Source: a virus. Taken from it: a stretch of DNA of 64,000 nt. The DNA is taken from IMG/VR virus record IMGVR_UViG_2899815622_000003, positions 1,546 through 65,545 of that record. One strand, 5' to 3'. Made by a program: the position numbers and the translations under genes. Numbering within the stretch: the first letter of the stretch is position 1; the number at the start of each line of letters is the position of its first letter. Under the pieces are notes generated by a model. It was given only the letters and a program-made list of their open reading frames with translations. It ran no database searches and was not told the origin of the DNA. Positions 18,562 through 28,224 of the stretch are shown here, one piece after another.

Positions 18562-18828
18562 ATGATCCCCGACAATCTCGTCAACGCCAAGGAATTCGAC
18601 GACGTGCCACGGGGCTATCGTGGCCTCGGGCAATGCCTTCACGAGACGCATCGAGCGTACCTTTTTCAGTACTACGGCCACGAGGTTTGGATTCCGAAAA
18701 AGGTGCTCGTGAAGGCTGAAGGCGGCTTTTGGGCGCCAGCGTGGTCGATCGAGAGCAGCAAGAAACATCAATCAGGATCAACGGTAGACTATGACAAACA
18801 GAGACGAAATCTCGAAAGACGTGGATGA
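18562..18828 (+). CDS. Hypothetical protein
   Basis: GGAG RBS; ETHRAYL..EVWIPK. Confidence 0.6.
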   Translation: MIPDNLVNAKEFDDVPRGYRGLGQCLHETHRAYLFQYYGHEVWIPKKVLVKAEGGFWAPAWSIESSKKHQSGSTVDYDKQRRNLERRG

Positions 18829-19348
18829 ACTGCTGGCAGGTTGGTTTGATGGCGAACGCTATGCTGTCGACAAGAATGACATCGTCGAGCTGGTGTTGAA
18901 GCATAGCGCACAGGCTGCAGCACTGGTAATTATGGCGCTGAATCCGCCGATCGCAACACATCGTCACAAGAAGCGCGGCACGGAATACGTGTTGATCGGC
19001 GTCGGCAAAATGCAGGCTGAGAACTGGAAGTTTCCTCACACCTACCGCGACATGGGTGAAAGCGAGACCGACATGCTCTCAGTGGATATGCGCGAAGTCG
19101 CGATCTACCGCTCAATCGACGATGATTCCCTTTGGGTTCGTCCACGTGAGGAATTTGAGGACGGTCGCTTTGAAGCCCTCGGCTCGCTCCTCCCAACCGT
19201 CTGGATCATGAAAACGGTTGCCGGCGAGTTTTATCCAATCCAGCCGAGCGATAAATGCAAACCTGAGGACCATGGCAGGCTGAACGACCACGTCGTCAGC
19301 ATCGAAGACCTGGAAGGCAATGTTCTTTGGAAAAGGAGCGCGCTATGA
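18791..19348 (+). CDS. DUF1653-like domain protein
   Basis: HRHKKRGTEYVLIG...IYRS...LWVRPREEFEDGRF. Confidence 0.6.
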   Translation: MTNRDEISKDVDELLAGWFDGERYAVDKNDIVELVLKHSAQAAALVIMALNPPIATHRHKKRGTEYVLIGVGKMQAENWKFPHTYRDMGESETDMLSVDMREVAIYRSIDDDSLWVRPREEFEDGRFEALGSLLPTVWIMKTVAGEFYPIQPSDKCKPEDHGRLNDHVVSIEDLEGNVLWKRSAL

Positions 19349-19548
19349 ACCGCAACAAGCTACAGATTGCCGTTGCAGAAGCTCGCCGATTTATCGCACG
19401 CGCTGAAGCATTGCCGCCGCCCAAACCTTATGAGTGCGGTATCTCCACGATAATGTATGACAATTTCCCGCGTGAACAGGGTGCAATCAAACGGGCGAGC
19501 ATGGACCTGACGCGGGCGCTCGCAGATTTGCGGAGACCGGAACGATGA
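19345..19548 (+). CDS. Hypothetical protein
   Basis: AAGGAG RBS; ATGA overlaps. Confidence 0.7.
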   Translation: MNRNKLQIAVAEARRFIARAEALPPPKPYECGISTIMYDNFPREQGAIKRASMDLTRALADLRRPER

Positions 19549-20351
19549 TGACCACCGAAACGCAAGCATCGGAAACGACCGTTGACGATCATCTTCGAAA
19601 CCTCATTCAGCTTATGAAGCGTGGCGCGCGCCTAAAGCTATCAGATCTCCCTGACGATCCATCGTTTCTTAGCTCAAATATCGGTGGCGGTATGTCGCAG
19701 GCCATTGCCGAGCGCCTCGAAGCCGCCCTGTCCGCTGCGTACCCAGTCGATCTGCAATATCATTGCGACGTGTGCAGCGTGCCCGGATATGGTGATGCAA
19801 AATGTTCACCATTGTGCGACAGGTCGGCGGCGGCCGTTGGTGCTATGGACCGCGCTTTCGGAATGAGTGCCGCCGAAGCCCACGACCTGTTGCGGGTGAA
19901 CGCAGGAGCGAAGCGCATCTACGATTGCGCGATTTCTGCCCTCTCCGCACAGGTACAGGACGCCCGCGAACCTATCCCGCAGAACAAAGAAACTCTGGAT
20001 CAGGTTGCCGCAATCATGCTGCAACACGGCACGCCTGCACAGAGGGCCGAGGCTATCGCCTACGCGTCCGCCGCAGAGGTGCAGGACGTGGCGGGGTGGA
20101 AGCTTGTACCGACAGATGATGAAACCCGCTGCGTTGCAGACAGCGCATTGCCGCACGAAATGATCGAAGCCGGTATCCGCGTTCAAGAACAGGTGAACGA
20201 CGACAACTGCAATTATGTCGCCGGGGAAACGACAGATTGGGATTGTGGTATGGTCGCCGTCGCCATTTACCGCGCCATGCTCGCCGCAGCACCCGCAAAG
20301 CAGGAGGACCGCATTCTCCACAAACACACAAATATCAGGAGTGGCGAATGA
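19545..20351 (+). CDS. Hypothetical mosaic phage protein
   Basis: 268-aa ORF; GWKLVP...EMIEAG...IYRAMLAAAP common phage module. Confidence 0.75.
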   Translation: MMTTETQASETTVDDHLRNLIQLMKRGARLKLSDLPDDPSFLSSNIGGGMSQAIAERLEAALSAAYPVDLQYHCDVCSVPGYGDAKCSPLCDRSAAAVGAMDRAFGMSAAEAHDLLRVNAGAKRIYDCAISALSAQVQDAREPIPQNKETLDQVAAIMLQHGTPAQRAEAIAYASAAEVQDVAGWKLVPTDDETRCVADSALPHEMIEAGIRVQEQVNDDNCNYVAGETTDWDCGMVAVAIYRAMLAAAPAKQEDRILHKHTNIRSGE

Positions 20352-20611
20352 AGTTTCACCCTGATGTCCTGAAGGTACACGCGCAATTCGGCGGCGATTT
20401 GGAATCGATGCAAAAGTGTTACGAGCATTCCGATCTCGTCGCGGAAGTGAAGTTACTTCGGGAAGCATTGAGGCCTATGGCAGCGGTCGCGACCGATATT
20501 CCTGCTTCTTGGGATGACGACCATCAATGCGTTACCGCTTGCGGGCATTTCCGCCGCGCAGCGAGCGCCCTCGAAGAGTCAGTTTTGAGGGGAACATGCC
20601 TTGACCTTTAA
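20348..20611 (+). CDS. Hypothetical protein
   Basis: AGGAG RBS; ATGA overlap. Confidence 0.65.
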   Translation: MKFHPDVLKVHAQFGGDLESMQKCYEHSDLVAEVKLLREALRPMAAVATDIPASWDDDHQCVTACGHFRRAASALEESVLRGTCLDL

Positions 20612-20834
20612 GCTGACGCCGGAAGCGCAGGCGCGAGCGCAACAATACGAGGATTGGTCAAGCAGGAAACGAGGTGAAATGCGCGCGCTGTCAGACGAGA
20701 ACCTGGTTGCGACTGCGAAATTCTACATGTCGCATATGGCGCCGATGCAATTCGCACCAGGTGAACCGGTCTACGACGCCACCATGTGGCACATCATCTT
20801 GCCTGAGATGATGGCCCGTGTCACCGGCAGGTAA
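20601..20834 (+). CDS. Hypothetical protein
   Basis: TTG start overlapping the previous gene. Confidence 0.6.
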   Translation: MTFKLTPEAQARAQQYEDWSSRKRGEMRALSDENLVATAKFYMSHMAPMQFAPGEPVYDATMWHIILPEMMARVTGR

Positions 20835-20835
20835 G

Positions 20836-21123
20836 TTAATCCCTCGCCATCTTCCCGATGATCCAGTTGTTGTTTCCCTTGTTGCCGCACTTCATGCACC
20901 GCAGCATAGGCCTCAACTGGTTCAGGAAGACGTTGGTGCCAAAGCGCCGGATGAGTTGCTGGCGGTCCAACCACCCTTCCCGCTCACAACGGGAGCATCG
21001 TCCGCCGAACACATACCACTCCGGATACGCATTCAGCGTCGGATACAAGTCGCGACTCACCGTCCCTTCGTAGATCACGCGAAAGGAATCCGGAACGAGG
21101 TTTATGCCGCGACGGTGCTTCAT
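20836..21123 (-). CDS. Zn-ribbon protein, opposite orientation
   Basis: CSRC...CMKC pair. Confidence 0.65.
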   Translation of the reverse strand: MKHRRGINLVPDSFRVIYEGTVSRDLYPTLNAYPEWYVFGGRCSRCEREGWLDRQQLIRRFGTNVFLNQLRPMLRCMKCGNKGNNNWIIGKMARD

Positions 21124-21170
21124 GTTCTTATTTTGTTCACGTTGAATGTGACAGTCAAGAGGTGCCTCAC

Positions 21171-21374
21171 ATGAGCCCACAGAAACAGTTCTGGTTTGCT
21201 GTCGGTCGAAGTCAGAAGGTGTTCGAGGTGACTGCTCCCAGTGCATATGCAGCCAAAAGCATCATGTCGAAATTCATCGCCGACCCAAAGAATGGTTATG
21301 GGTGGAATACGCAGTTCGAACTGCTGCCCGCCTGCCCCGTGCGAAAACCGAAGAAGCTCACTTCCTGCGACTAG
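21171..21374 (+). CDS. Hypothetical protein
   Basis: GAGGT RBS. Confidence 0.55.
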   Translation: MSPQKQFWFAVGRSQKVFEVTAPSAYAAKSIMSKFIADPKNGYGWNTQFELLPACPVRKPKKLTSCD

Positions 21375-21435
21375 AATTTCACTTTTAGTGAGAATTTCTA
21401 TTGACGCAATTTAATTTCACTTTTATCGTGCAATT
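21375..21435 (+). promoter_or_regulatory. Sigma70-like promoter flanked/overlapped by two operator-like sites
   Basis: TTGACG(21401)-N17-TATCGT(21424); operator copies at 21375-21397 and 21413-21435. Confidence 0.6.
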
Positions 21436-21455
21436 CTGTTTAGGAGAAATCGTTT

Positions 21456-22025
21456 ATGACTGAGATTTTGCTGGATGCCCGCACAGTCAATGTAATCTTG
21501 AAAGCGCTGAATGTGCCTGTGCGCAACGCTACCGAGGCATGCACGATCGTCCGTGTCCTCGCTCGCGATACCGGGTTGAAGCAGTCCGACGACCACGATC
21601 TGACGGGCGGAGATTATTCCCCGTTCATGGATCGTGGGGCGCTGATGAAGCGTGCTTTGCAGTCGCTGACCGACTTGGAAGACTGGTGCCATCAGAATGA
21701 GGCCCAGTGGTCCGGTTACGGCGAGATGACTGTGCCTGATGGCGCCGAACGCTGGACCGCCCAGGCGAAATTCGCGCAGGAACTCGTGAAAGACAATGTC
21801 GATCCCGGTCCCATTCCTGAGCTTTTGAAATATGAAGCGCCGCAAATCAGCGATAGCGACGGCCATCTGATCGAGGCCGTGCTACAGGCCGGCGCTCACA
21901 TGCTCAACGACGACGGCACCGTTTACGCCTTCACTGAGGAGCAACTGCTTCGCTTCACCAAGTGCGCGCTCGAACGCGACTTCTCACCGCTATGGGACAA
22001 GCCGGCAGAAGGCGGTGACGCATGA
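21456..22025 (+). CDS. Hypothetical protein
   Basis: AGGAG RBS; 189 aa. Confidence 0.75.
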   Translation: MTEILLDARTVNVILKALNVPVRNATEACTIVRVLARDTGLKQSDDHDLTGGDYSPFMDRGALMKRALQSLTDLEDWCHQNEAQWSGYGEMTVPDGAERWTAQAKFAQELVKDNVDPGPIPELLKYEAPQISDSDGHLIEAVLQAGAHMLNDDGTVYAFTEEQLLRFTKCALERDFSPLWDKPAEGGDA

Positions 22026-22522
22026 CCGACAGTTTCCTCGGCATTCAAACCATTCACGGTGACGAAGGGGAGCGGCGAACCCCGTACATGACGAGGGTTT
22101 GGTTTGGGAGGCTCCGCTTTCACATTTTTCATCGCGGCGATGCGGACCCCGATTGCCACGACCATCCGTGGGATTTCTGGACATTTCCGCTCACCAGCTA
22201 CGTCGAAGAGGTGGCGGAGCACGTCTGGATGAGCGGCCCGCTTCCGATGCAATATCACCTCCGTCGCCACGTAGTCAGAGCTTTCCGCCTCCACTATCGA
22301 CCTGCATCGCATTGTCACCGAGTTATCGGGCGATGGTCAGGGTGCGGCGAAGAAACGCAAGCCGGACGCATCTATACTCTGGTGCGGCGAGGACGATCTA
22401 ATCACCATTGGGGCTTTCTTAAAAACCGCGAAGGACAATGGTGTTGGACGCCGTGGCGCGACTACATACTAGGCGGGGGAAAAACCACTCCGTGTACGCC
22501 GCGCGAAGGCGGTGATGCATGA
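22022..22522 (+). CDS. Cupin-like protein
   Basis: FHIFHRGD..DCHDHPWDF...YVEE...HCHRV. Confidence 0.65.
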   Translation: MTDSFLGIQTIHGDEGERRTPYMTRVWFGRLRFHIFHRGDADPDCHDHPWDFWTFPLTSYVEEVAEHVWMSGPLPMQYHLRRHVVRAFRLHYRPASHCHRVIGRWSGCGEETQAGRIYTLVRRGRSNHHWGFLKNREGQWCWTPWRDYILGGGKTTPCTPREGGDA

Positions 22523-22761
22523 TGACCGAAGCCGACATCGCTCGTAGTGCTCGAGATATTTCCATCCATTGCAGACGTAGTCCCGCTTATCGCCAGTGGA
22601 TATACGAGACCGCTGCATGGATGCGGGATGAAGTCGCGCCTGGCACACCTCTGTCCGAGTTCCGCGGCGAACTCCTCGAGCGCTTCGTCGACGACAGCAT
22701 TCGCTGTTTAGTCGAAGAGACCGGTTTACGCGGCAACATGCTGTCGAGGTACGCACGATGA
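22519..22761 (+). CDS. Hypothetical protein
   Basis: ATGA overlap. Confidence 0.6.
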   Translation: MMTEADIARSARDISIHCRRSPAYRQWIYETAAWMRDEVAPGTPLSEFRGELLERFVDDSIRCLVEETGLRGNMLSRYAR

Positions 22762-22853
22762 GGACGATTTTCATCCTCGCCGTCCTCGGTGTTGCAGCTT
22801 GGTTTCTCCTCCTGTCGACGCTGAGAATCCTTTTACTCGCGGGGGTTCTTTAA

Positions 22854-23132
22854 ATGGCAGCCGAGAACCGCCCCAACACACTTTGGCCCGTCGGTACGAA
22901 GGTCGCCTACCTGAACGCGTACGGCCTCGAACCAGTAGATGGCACGGTCATCAAACACTACGGCGACTTCAATGTACTCGTCGAAGATGGTCTAGGCGTC
23001 CGACATTTCGGTGCAACGTGGCGGATTTCCACGGCACCTCCATCTCCTAAATCAGCAGTCGATCTGGACGACCTGATCGTCTCTACCCCTGTCAAACCGA
23101 AGCCTGTCGATATCGACGACCTGCTTGTGTGA
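22854..23132 (+). CDS. Hypothetical protein with two DDL(L/I)V tags
   Basis: Ends VDLDDLIV...VDIDDLLV. Confidence 0.7.
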   Translation: MAAENRPNTLWPVGTKVAYLNAYGLEPVDGTVIKHYGDFNVLVEDGLGVRHFGATWRISTAPPSPKSAVDLDDLIVSTPVKPKPVDIDDLLV

Positions 23133-23142
23133 GGAACATTGC

Positions 23143-23367
23143 ATGACTGATTATCCAGAGAGATGGTCGCAGGTCGAAGTCACTTTCACCGACGGCACAA
23201 TCGAGACTTATGAAATCAAAGCTGGTTCCAGCTTCGGCAGACATCTCGCCAAGCAGGCCGGTGAGGACAACGTTCTTACACTCCTCTGTGGCCCCAAAGT
23301 TCACTCATTTCCGCTCGCCAGTGTTCGTTCGTGGACGCTCAGCGAACTCGAAGGGAAACCGGAATGA
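23143..23367 (+). CDS. Hypothetical protein
   Basis: GAGG RBS; ATGA overlap with next gene. Confidence 0.65.
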   Translation: MTDYPERWSQVEVTFTDGTIETYEIKAGSSFGRHLAKQAGEDNVLTLLCGPKVHSFPLASVRSWTLSELEGKPE

Positions 23368-24269
23368 CCGCAACATCAAACCAGGGTGTTATCAAGTCGC
23401 TCGCCGTCGGACGTTCCGACATCTACCGCATGGATCCGCGCGATCTGAATGTGAAAGCCGACTGGAATTGTCGCACCATCAATTTCAATGCAGATGATCC
23501 TGAAGACTTGGCGCTGGCGGAATCCATCTCGCAGGTCGGCGTCAAACAGCCCCTCACCGTCTATACGGAAGATGGCAAGGCGTTCATCTCCGACGGACAT
23601 CGCCGCCACGGTGCGACCATGTATGCGATCGAGCGCCTCAGAGCCGAAATCAAGAGCGTTCCCGTGCAAACGGAAGATCGCTATTCGAGCGAGGCTGATC
23701 GCGTTTTCAGCCAGATCGTCCGCAACTCGGGGAAACCTCTGACGCCGATCGAACAGGCGCGTGTCTTCAAGCGTCTTATCGACCTCGGCTGGACCGAGAA
23801 AGATATTCAGCAAAAGACCGGCCTCGCTCGCCAGTGGATCGTCGAGCTTCTCGAACTGCAGGCCGCGCCGGCTGCCGTCACCAATCTCGTTGCCACGGGA
23901 CAGGTTGCCGCCACGCTCGCCATGTCCACGTTGAAAAAGCACGGCGGTGACGGTGCCAAGGCGGCTGGCGACCTGACGCGCGCTGTCGATAAAGCTCAGG
24001 CGGAGGGGAAAAAGCGCGCCACCGCCAAACACCTCGATGTCAGCGAGAAGCCGAAGCCCGTTCATCCCGACACCGCGCGACTGGACGCATTGCGCGAACT
24101 CGCCGGTTACGTGGAAAACGGCACGGACACTTCCGTTTCGATCTCACAGGAGGACGATGCAACGCGCGACTGGGTCGTGCGAGTGGGCAAAAACTATTGG
24201 ACCGGAAACTCGTTCAGAGACGCGATCGACAGCGCCGCTGCAAGCCTAGCAAGGGAGTCGGGAGAATGA
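23364..24269 (+). CDS. ParB/Srx-like N-terminal domain protein with HTH
   Basis: LAESI..VGVKQPLTV...SDGHRR; LTPIEQARVFKRL...WTEKDIQQKTG. Confidence 0.85.
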   Translation: MTATSNQGVIKSLAVGRSDIYRMDPRDLNVKADWNCRTINFNADDPEDLALAESISQVGVKQPLTVYTEDGKAFISDGHRRHGATMYAIERLRAEIKSVPVQTEDRYSSEADRVFSQIVRNSGKPLTPIEQARVFKRLIDLGWTEKDIQQKTGLARQWIVELLELQAAPAAVTNLVATGQVAATLAMSTLKKHGGDGAKAAGDLTRAVDKAQAEGKKRATAKHLDVSEKPKPVHPDTARLDALRELAGYVENGTDTSVSISQEDDATRDWVVRVGKNYWTGNSFRDAIDSAAASLARESGE

Positions 24270-25234
24270 CAACAATCAGCGCCAAAACCATACTCCGATC
24301 GCGCAATGTCAGTGCCCCGAACAAGGTGCTCTCGACGCTCCTGTTGCGCTATCCACGGTTCATCCATTCGGAGTTCATGACGCACCGCGTGTTCAGCCGG
24401 AATGCCGCCAGTAGCCGTGCTATCCCGGTCAAAAAGATGATCGACGACATCCTCGCCGACACCGCCATGCCGATCCATTGGGGAGCTGCACAAAAGGGGA
24501 TGCAGGCTGATCAGGAGTGCGATGCAATGGTCAACATTTGGCTTCCTATTGCTGAAAGGCAGACCCGTGCATCACTCGTATCTCGCGAAAATGCTTGGCT
24601 CAGCGCTCGCGATCACGCCATTGAAGTTGCACTCGAATTCAACTCGGCCGGCTACCACAAGCAGGTAATTAATCGTCTTCTCGAGCCGTTCCTGCATATC
24701 ACGGTACTGGTGTCGTCGACTGAGTGGGACAACTTTCTCGAGCTTCGCGATCACAAGGATGCCGAGCCTCACATTCAGATGCTGGCTCGCGAAATCCGGA
24801 AGTGCCTCGAAGACGAGTCCGCGGTGCAGACGCTCGAACCTGGTCAATGGCATCTGCCTTTTGTCAGCGAGTGGGAGAAATCCGAAATCGTCAAGGAAGC
24901 TACGGGCACAACATGGCAAGAACCTTGGGGGGACGCTGAAAGGCTTTCACTGATCAAGCTCTCTGTCGCCCGCTGCGCCAGCACGTCCTACAAGACGACG
25001 GACGGCTTCGACATGACGCTCGAACGCGCCGTGGCGATCTACGACAAGCTGCACAGCAAGCCTTTCCATGCCAGTCCGTTCGAGCATGTCGCGCAAGCTG
25101 ATGATTTCGAAGACTTGGCTTACCATTTTGAGCGACCGGCATTCAAAACCGCGGCTTGCTGGAAGCACAGCGAAGAACACGGCAATTTCGTCGGCTTCCG
25201 CCAGCTTCGTCGTCAATTGGAGCTTCGGACGTGA
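24266..25234 (+). CDS. thyX: FAD-dependent thymidylate synthase (ThyX/Thy1)
   Basis: EFMTHRVFSRNAASSRAIP, NRLLEPF, NFLELR..DAEPHI, HASPFEH. Confidence 0.85.
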   Translation: MTTISAKTILRSRNVSAPNKVLSTLLLRYPRFIHSEFMTHRVFSRNAASSRAIPVKKMIDDILADTAMPIHWGAAQKGMQADQECDAMVNIWLPIAERQTRASLVSRENAWLSARDHAIEVALEFNSAGYHKQVINRLLEPFLHITVLVSSTEWDNFLELRDHKDAEPHIQMLAREIRKCLEDESAVQTLEPGQWHLPFVSEWEKSEIVKEATGTTWQEPWGDAERLSLIKLSVARCASTSYKTTDGFDMTLERAVAIYDKLHSKPFHASPFEHVAQADDFEDLAYHFERPAFKTAACWKHSEEHGNFVGFRQLRRQLELRT

Positions 25235-25830
25235 TCGACTTCCATCGCCTCAACCGCAACCTTCACATCATCCTCGACTGCGACGACGTGCTCTTAGACT
25301 GGCTCGACGGCTTCAAGAACTTCGTATCTGCCGTTGAGTGCCGGCCGATCGAAGGTCTACCATCTTCGTGGGACATGAGCACGTGGCTCGGGTTAACTCC
25401 CTCGGCTTCTCGTGAGATGATCGCCCAATTCAACCACAGCTCCCGTTTCGCCTCGCTCAAAGCGTGCCCGAACGTCGTTGAAAATCTCACCATACTCAAA
25501 GACATGGGTCACCGTCTCACGGTGCTCACCAGTTGCTCTGACAGCGCAGTTGTCGTTGCGCGGCGGAAGATCAATCTCGAGCAGATCTTCGGCGACATAT
25601 TCGAGCAGGTGATCTGCCTCCCACTCGGCGAAAGCAAGAAGAAGTGGCTCGGGATCCTTGAACGCGGGCTGTGGATCGAAGACAACTATGGTCACGCGGT
25701 CTCAGGTCATGACTGCGGACACAAGTCGTTTATGGTTCGACGATCACACAATCGATCCCACGAAAAACCGGGCGATCCTCTCGTCACATGGATCGACGAT
25801 CTGCGGCCAATAGTTTCACTTTTATCTTGA
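25231..25830 (+). CDS. HAD-family 5'(3')-nucleotidase-like protein
   Basis: ILDCDDVLLDW, VLTS, WIEDN. Confidence 0.75.
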   Translation: MIDFHRLNRNLHIILDCDDVLLDWLDGFKNFVSAVECRPIEGLPSSWDMSTWLGLTPSASREMIAQFNHSSRFASLKACPNVVENLTILKDMGHRLTVLTSCSDSAVVVARRKINLEQIFGDIFEQVICLPLGESKKKWLGILERGLWIEDNYGHAVSGHDCGHKSFMVRRSHNRSHEKPGDPLVTWIDDLRPIVSLLS

Positions 25831-25852
25831 CTTTCACTTTAAAGGTGGAATT

Positions 25853-26038
25853 ATGAACGAAGGTAAAGGCACGCTTTGGGAGTCGTCCTGCCAGGGGAAA
25901 GAGCAGTTCACCGCAAATGTAGTCGCGTCGGTTCGGAAACGTTATCCGAAGGCAACTCCCTACAAATGTAAGTTCTGCGGCTTTTTCCATCTCGGCCGGC
26001 GCACAGTTAAACGCAAGATAAGGAACAAATGGAAATGA
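25853..26038 (+). CDS. Small Zn-finger protein
   Basis: C.GK..F...YKCKFCGFFH. Confidence 0.6.
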   Translation: MNEGKGTLWESSCQGKEQFTANVVASVRKRYPKATPYKCKFCGFFHLGRRTVKRKIRNKWK

Positions 26039-26574
26039 CAGACTTAAACCTGCTTGCCGCCGAAATCCACGCCGCCAATGAGCGCTGGTGGCGCAACCCC
26101 GCAACAGCCGAGCGCCTCGATCGCAATAAGGGTGAAATGCTGATGCTGGTCGTCAGCGAACTTTCCGAAGCCATGGAAGGTGAACGGAAAGACCTGATGG
26201 ACGACCACTTGTCTCATCGCAAAATGGCAGAGGTTGAACTTGCAGACGCCAAGATCAGGCTTTTCGATTTTGCGGGCGGCTGCGGATATAAGCTCCTTCA
26301 TCCGCAAGGGCTTGCCATCGATCTTAGCGACAACCGGGCCGAAGCGCTGTTTGCGATCACCCGCCTCGTGACAGGTGTGGGCAATTTGATAGAGTCGAAC
26401 TGGAATGTCCGCACGGGCATCGAAATCACGCGCGTCCTCGCGACGATCGATGCTTACGCTGCCAAGTTCGGCTACGATGTCGACGGCGCCATGGTCGAAA
26501 AGCGCGCCTATAATCTCGTGCGCGCTGACCACAAGGATGAGGCCCGGCTGGCTGCCAATGGCAAGAAGTGGTGA
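26029..26574 (+). CDS. MazG-like NTP pyrophosphohydrolase fold protein
   Basis: LMLVVSELSEAMEGERK...EVELADAKIRLFD...EKRAYN..R. Confidence 0.75.
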   Translation: MEMTDLNLLAAEIHAANERWWRNPATAERLDRNKGEMLMLVVSELSEAMEGERKDLMDDHLSHRKMAEVELADAKIRLFDFAGGCGYKLLHPQGLAIDLSDNRAEALFAITRLVTGVGNLIESNWNVRTGIEITRVLATIDAYAAKFGYDVDGAMVEKRAYNLVRADHKDEARLAANGKKW

Positions 26575-26580
26575 TCATTC

Positions 26581-26781
26581 ATGGCACTTGTCGAGATCAC
26601 GAAAACCACCAGCGTCAACCCGCATTTAGTGCAGAGCGTTCAGTGCTATTACGACTCCAGTTGCGTGGGCGTCCGTATGCACGATGGACGAGAGTACAGC
26701 GTACAGCCGATTCATAACGAAACCACTTGGGAGGCTTATGATCGTGTTCGTGCGTCTTTGGGCTACGAGGTGAAGCCGTGA
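26581..26781 (+). CDS. Hypothetical protein
   Basis: Packed ORF; GTGA overlap with next gene. Confidence 0.6.
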   Translation: MALVEITKTTSVNPHLVQSVQCYYDSSCVGVRMHDGREYSVQPIHNETTWEAYDRVRASLGYEVKP

Positions 26782-27284
26782 GCACCAAGGAAACAAACCC
26801 CAAGGACGGAATCGGCATCAAGAAATGGCGCCAGTTCGCCACGCTCCCGATGACCGTCATGTGCGAAGTCGGCGTTGCTATGCTGGAAGGCGCAGCAAAA
26901 TATGGTCGGCATAATTATCGCGTCTCTGGCGTCAAAGCCTCGGTTTATGTCGACGCTGCTGTCGGTCACATCATGCAGTGGTGGGAAGGAGAGGACATCG
27001 ATGCCGACAGCCAGCTCTCCCACATCACCAAAGCGATCAGCAGTCTCATCGTTCTGCGTGATGCGATGATCCAGAAGCAGTTGAACGACGACCGGCCGCC
27101 TAAAGCGAACCTGGACGCTGTTCGCGACGAGCTTCAGCGCGTCGTTGACACGATGTTCGAGAAGTACCCGGAAGGCGTCGCCCCGTACACCGAGAGCGGG
27201 AAGAACCATCTTAGACCCACCCATCTGACTGACGCGACATCGTTCGTTGCAGGTGGACTGGTGGACAAACCGGTTCGTTCTTGA
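26778..27284 (+). CDS. dATP/dGTP diphosphohydrolase domain protein (DUF5664-like)
   Basis: NPKD.IG.KK, GAAKYGRHNYR, WWEGEDID.DS.LSH. Confidence 0.8.
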   Translation: MSTKETNPKDGIGIKKWRQFATLPMTVMCEVGVAMLEGAAKYGRHNYRVSGVKASVYVDAAVGHIMQWWEGEDIDADSQLSHITKAISSLIVLRDAMIQKQLNDDRPPKANLDAVRDELQRVVDTMFEKYPEGVAPYTESGKNHLRPTHLTDATSFVAGGLVDKPVRS

Positions 27285-27333
27285 CGCGTCTTTATTTCAC
27301 GTTTAACGTGACTTTCAATTATTAGGAGAGAGA

Positions 27334-27612
27334 ATGTCAATCGGACATAATAGCGGCGAAACGACGGAAACAGTAGCCGCAGCGGAGCTTCGCCAGTTTG
27401 TCGAACGTGTCGAGCGTCTCGAAGAAGAAAAGGCGGCAATCCAGGACGACATCAAGGATGTCATGGGTGAGGCGAAGGGCCGCGGCTACGACACCAAGGC
27501 GATCCGCACCATCATCCGCCTGCGCAAGAAGGACGCCAACGAGCGCATCGAAGAAGAAACCATCTTGCAGACCTACATGGCCGCGCTCGGCATGACGATG
27601 CTCGATCCCTGA
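27334..27612 (+). CDS. GapR/DUF2312 nucleoid-associated protein homologue
   Basis: [16 protein letters not shown]...[19 protein letters not shown]...Y..ALGM. Confidence 0.9.
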   Translation: MSIGHNSGETTETVAAAELRQFVERVERLEEEKAAIQDDIKDVMGEAKGRGYDTKAIRTIIRLRKKDANERIEEETILQTYMAALGMTMLDP

Positions 27613-27633
27613 TCCCAAAAACGGAGACTTGAA

Positions 27634-27975
27634 ATGAAACTCGGCGAACTGCGCGGTGCGATCCGCAAGACGAAGGGTAGCCCCTTCACCATCGTGACCA
27701 TCGGCGGCGAGGCTGTTACGCTTGTGCTGCAAAAGACCCCTCTCCTCGAAGAACTGGACCGCGTGTTTCCGGGTGGCAAGGCTACCGAAACCGGCCTGAC
27801 GTTCGACGCAGCCGATGGCAAGCTGGAAGGCTTTGACACTGCTGGCGCTGCAACGGCCACCGAGGTTGTTGTCGATGATGACATCAACCTCGACATTAGC
27901 GATATCGCACACGGAACACTGGTTGTCTCCGATGCAATTCTGCGTAACGCAGATCCAGACGACCTTTTGGTGTGA
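27634..27975 (+). CDS. Hypothetical protein
   Basis: GGAG RBS; ends DPDDLLV. Confidence 0.7.
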   Translation: MKLGELRGAIRKTKGSPFTIVTIGGEAVTLVLQKTPLLEELDRVFPGGKATETGLTFDAADGKLEGFDTAGAATATEVVVDDDINLDISDIAHGTLVVSDAILRNADPDDLLV

Positions 27976-27978
27976 ACC

Positions 27979-28224
27979 ATGGCCGCCAGCGACAACTATA
28001 TCCAAGTTGCGTTCCTGCGCGGCCAACTCGACGCCGCTTACGACGCGATCGCCTGCCTGTGGGCGATCTCTCAGGACACATCGCAGACTAACGCCCAACA
28101 TGCCGCCGATCTCGATCAAGCGATCTTCGAAGCCATCAAGCTGCTTCCGCCGAGCCATCGAACGAACGACATGCCGGCCTTCGTTGCACCCGCCAACCCA
28201 CCAGAGGAAGAGTTGCTCGTATGA
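27979..28224 (+). CDS. Hypothetical protein
   Basis: Ends EEELLV; ATGA overlap. Confidence 0.65.
   Translation: MAASDNYIQVAFLRGQLDAAYDAIACLWAISQDTSQTNAQHAADLDQAIFEAIKLLPPSHRTNDMPAFVAPANPPEEELLV

Noticed and set aside
26778..27284. Z-genome or 7-deazaguanine modification pathway
   Set aside because: No purZ, folE, queC/D/E or dpdA homologue recognised in the window
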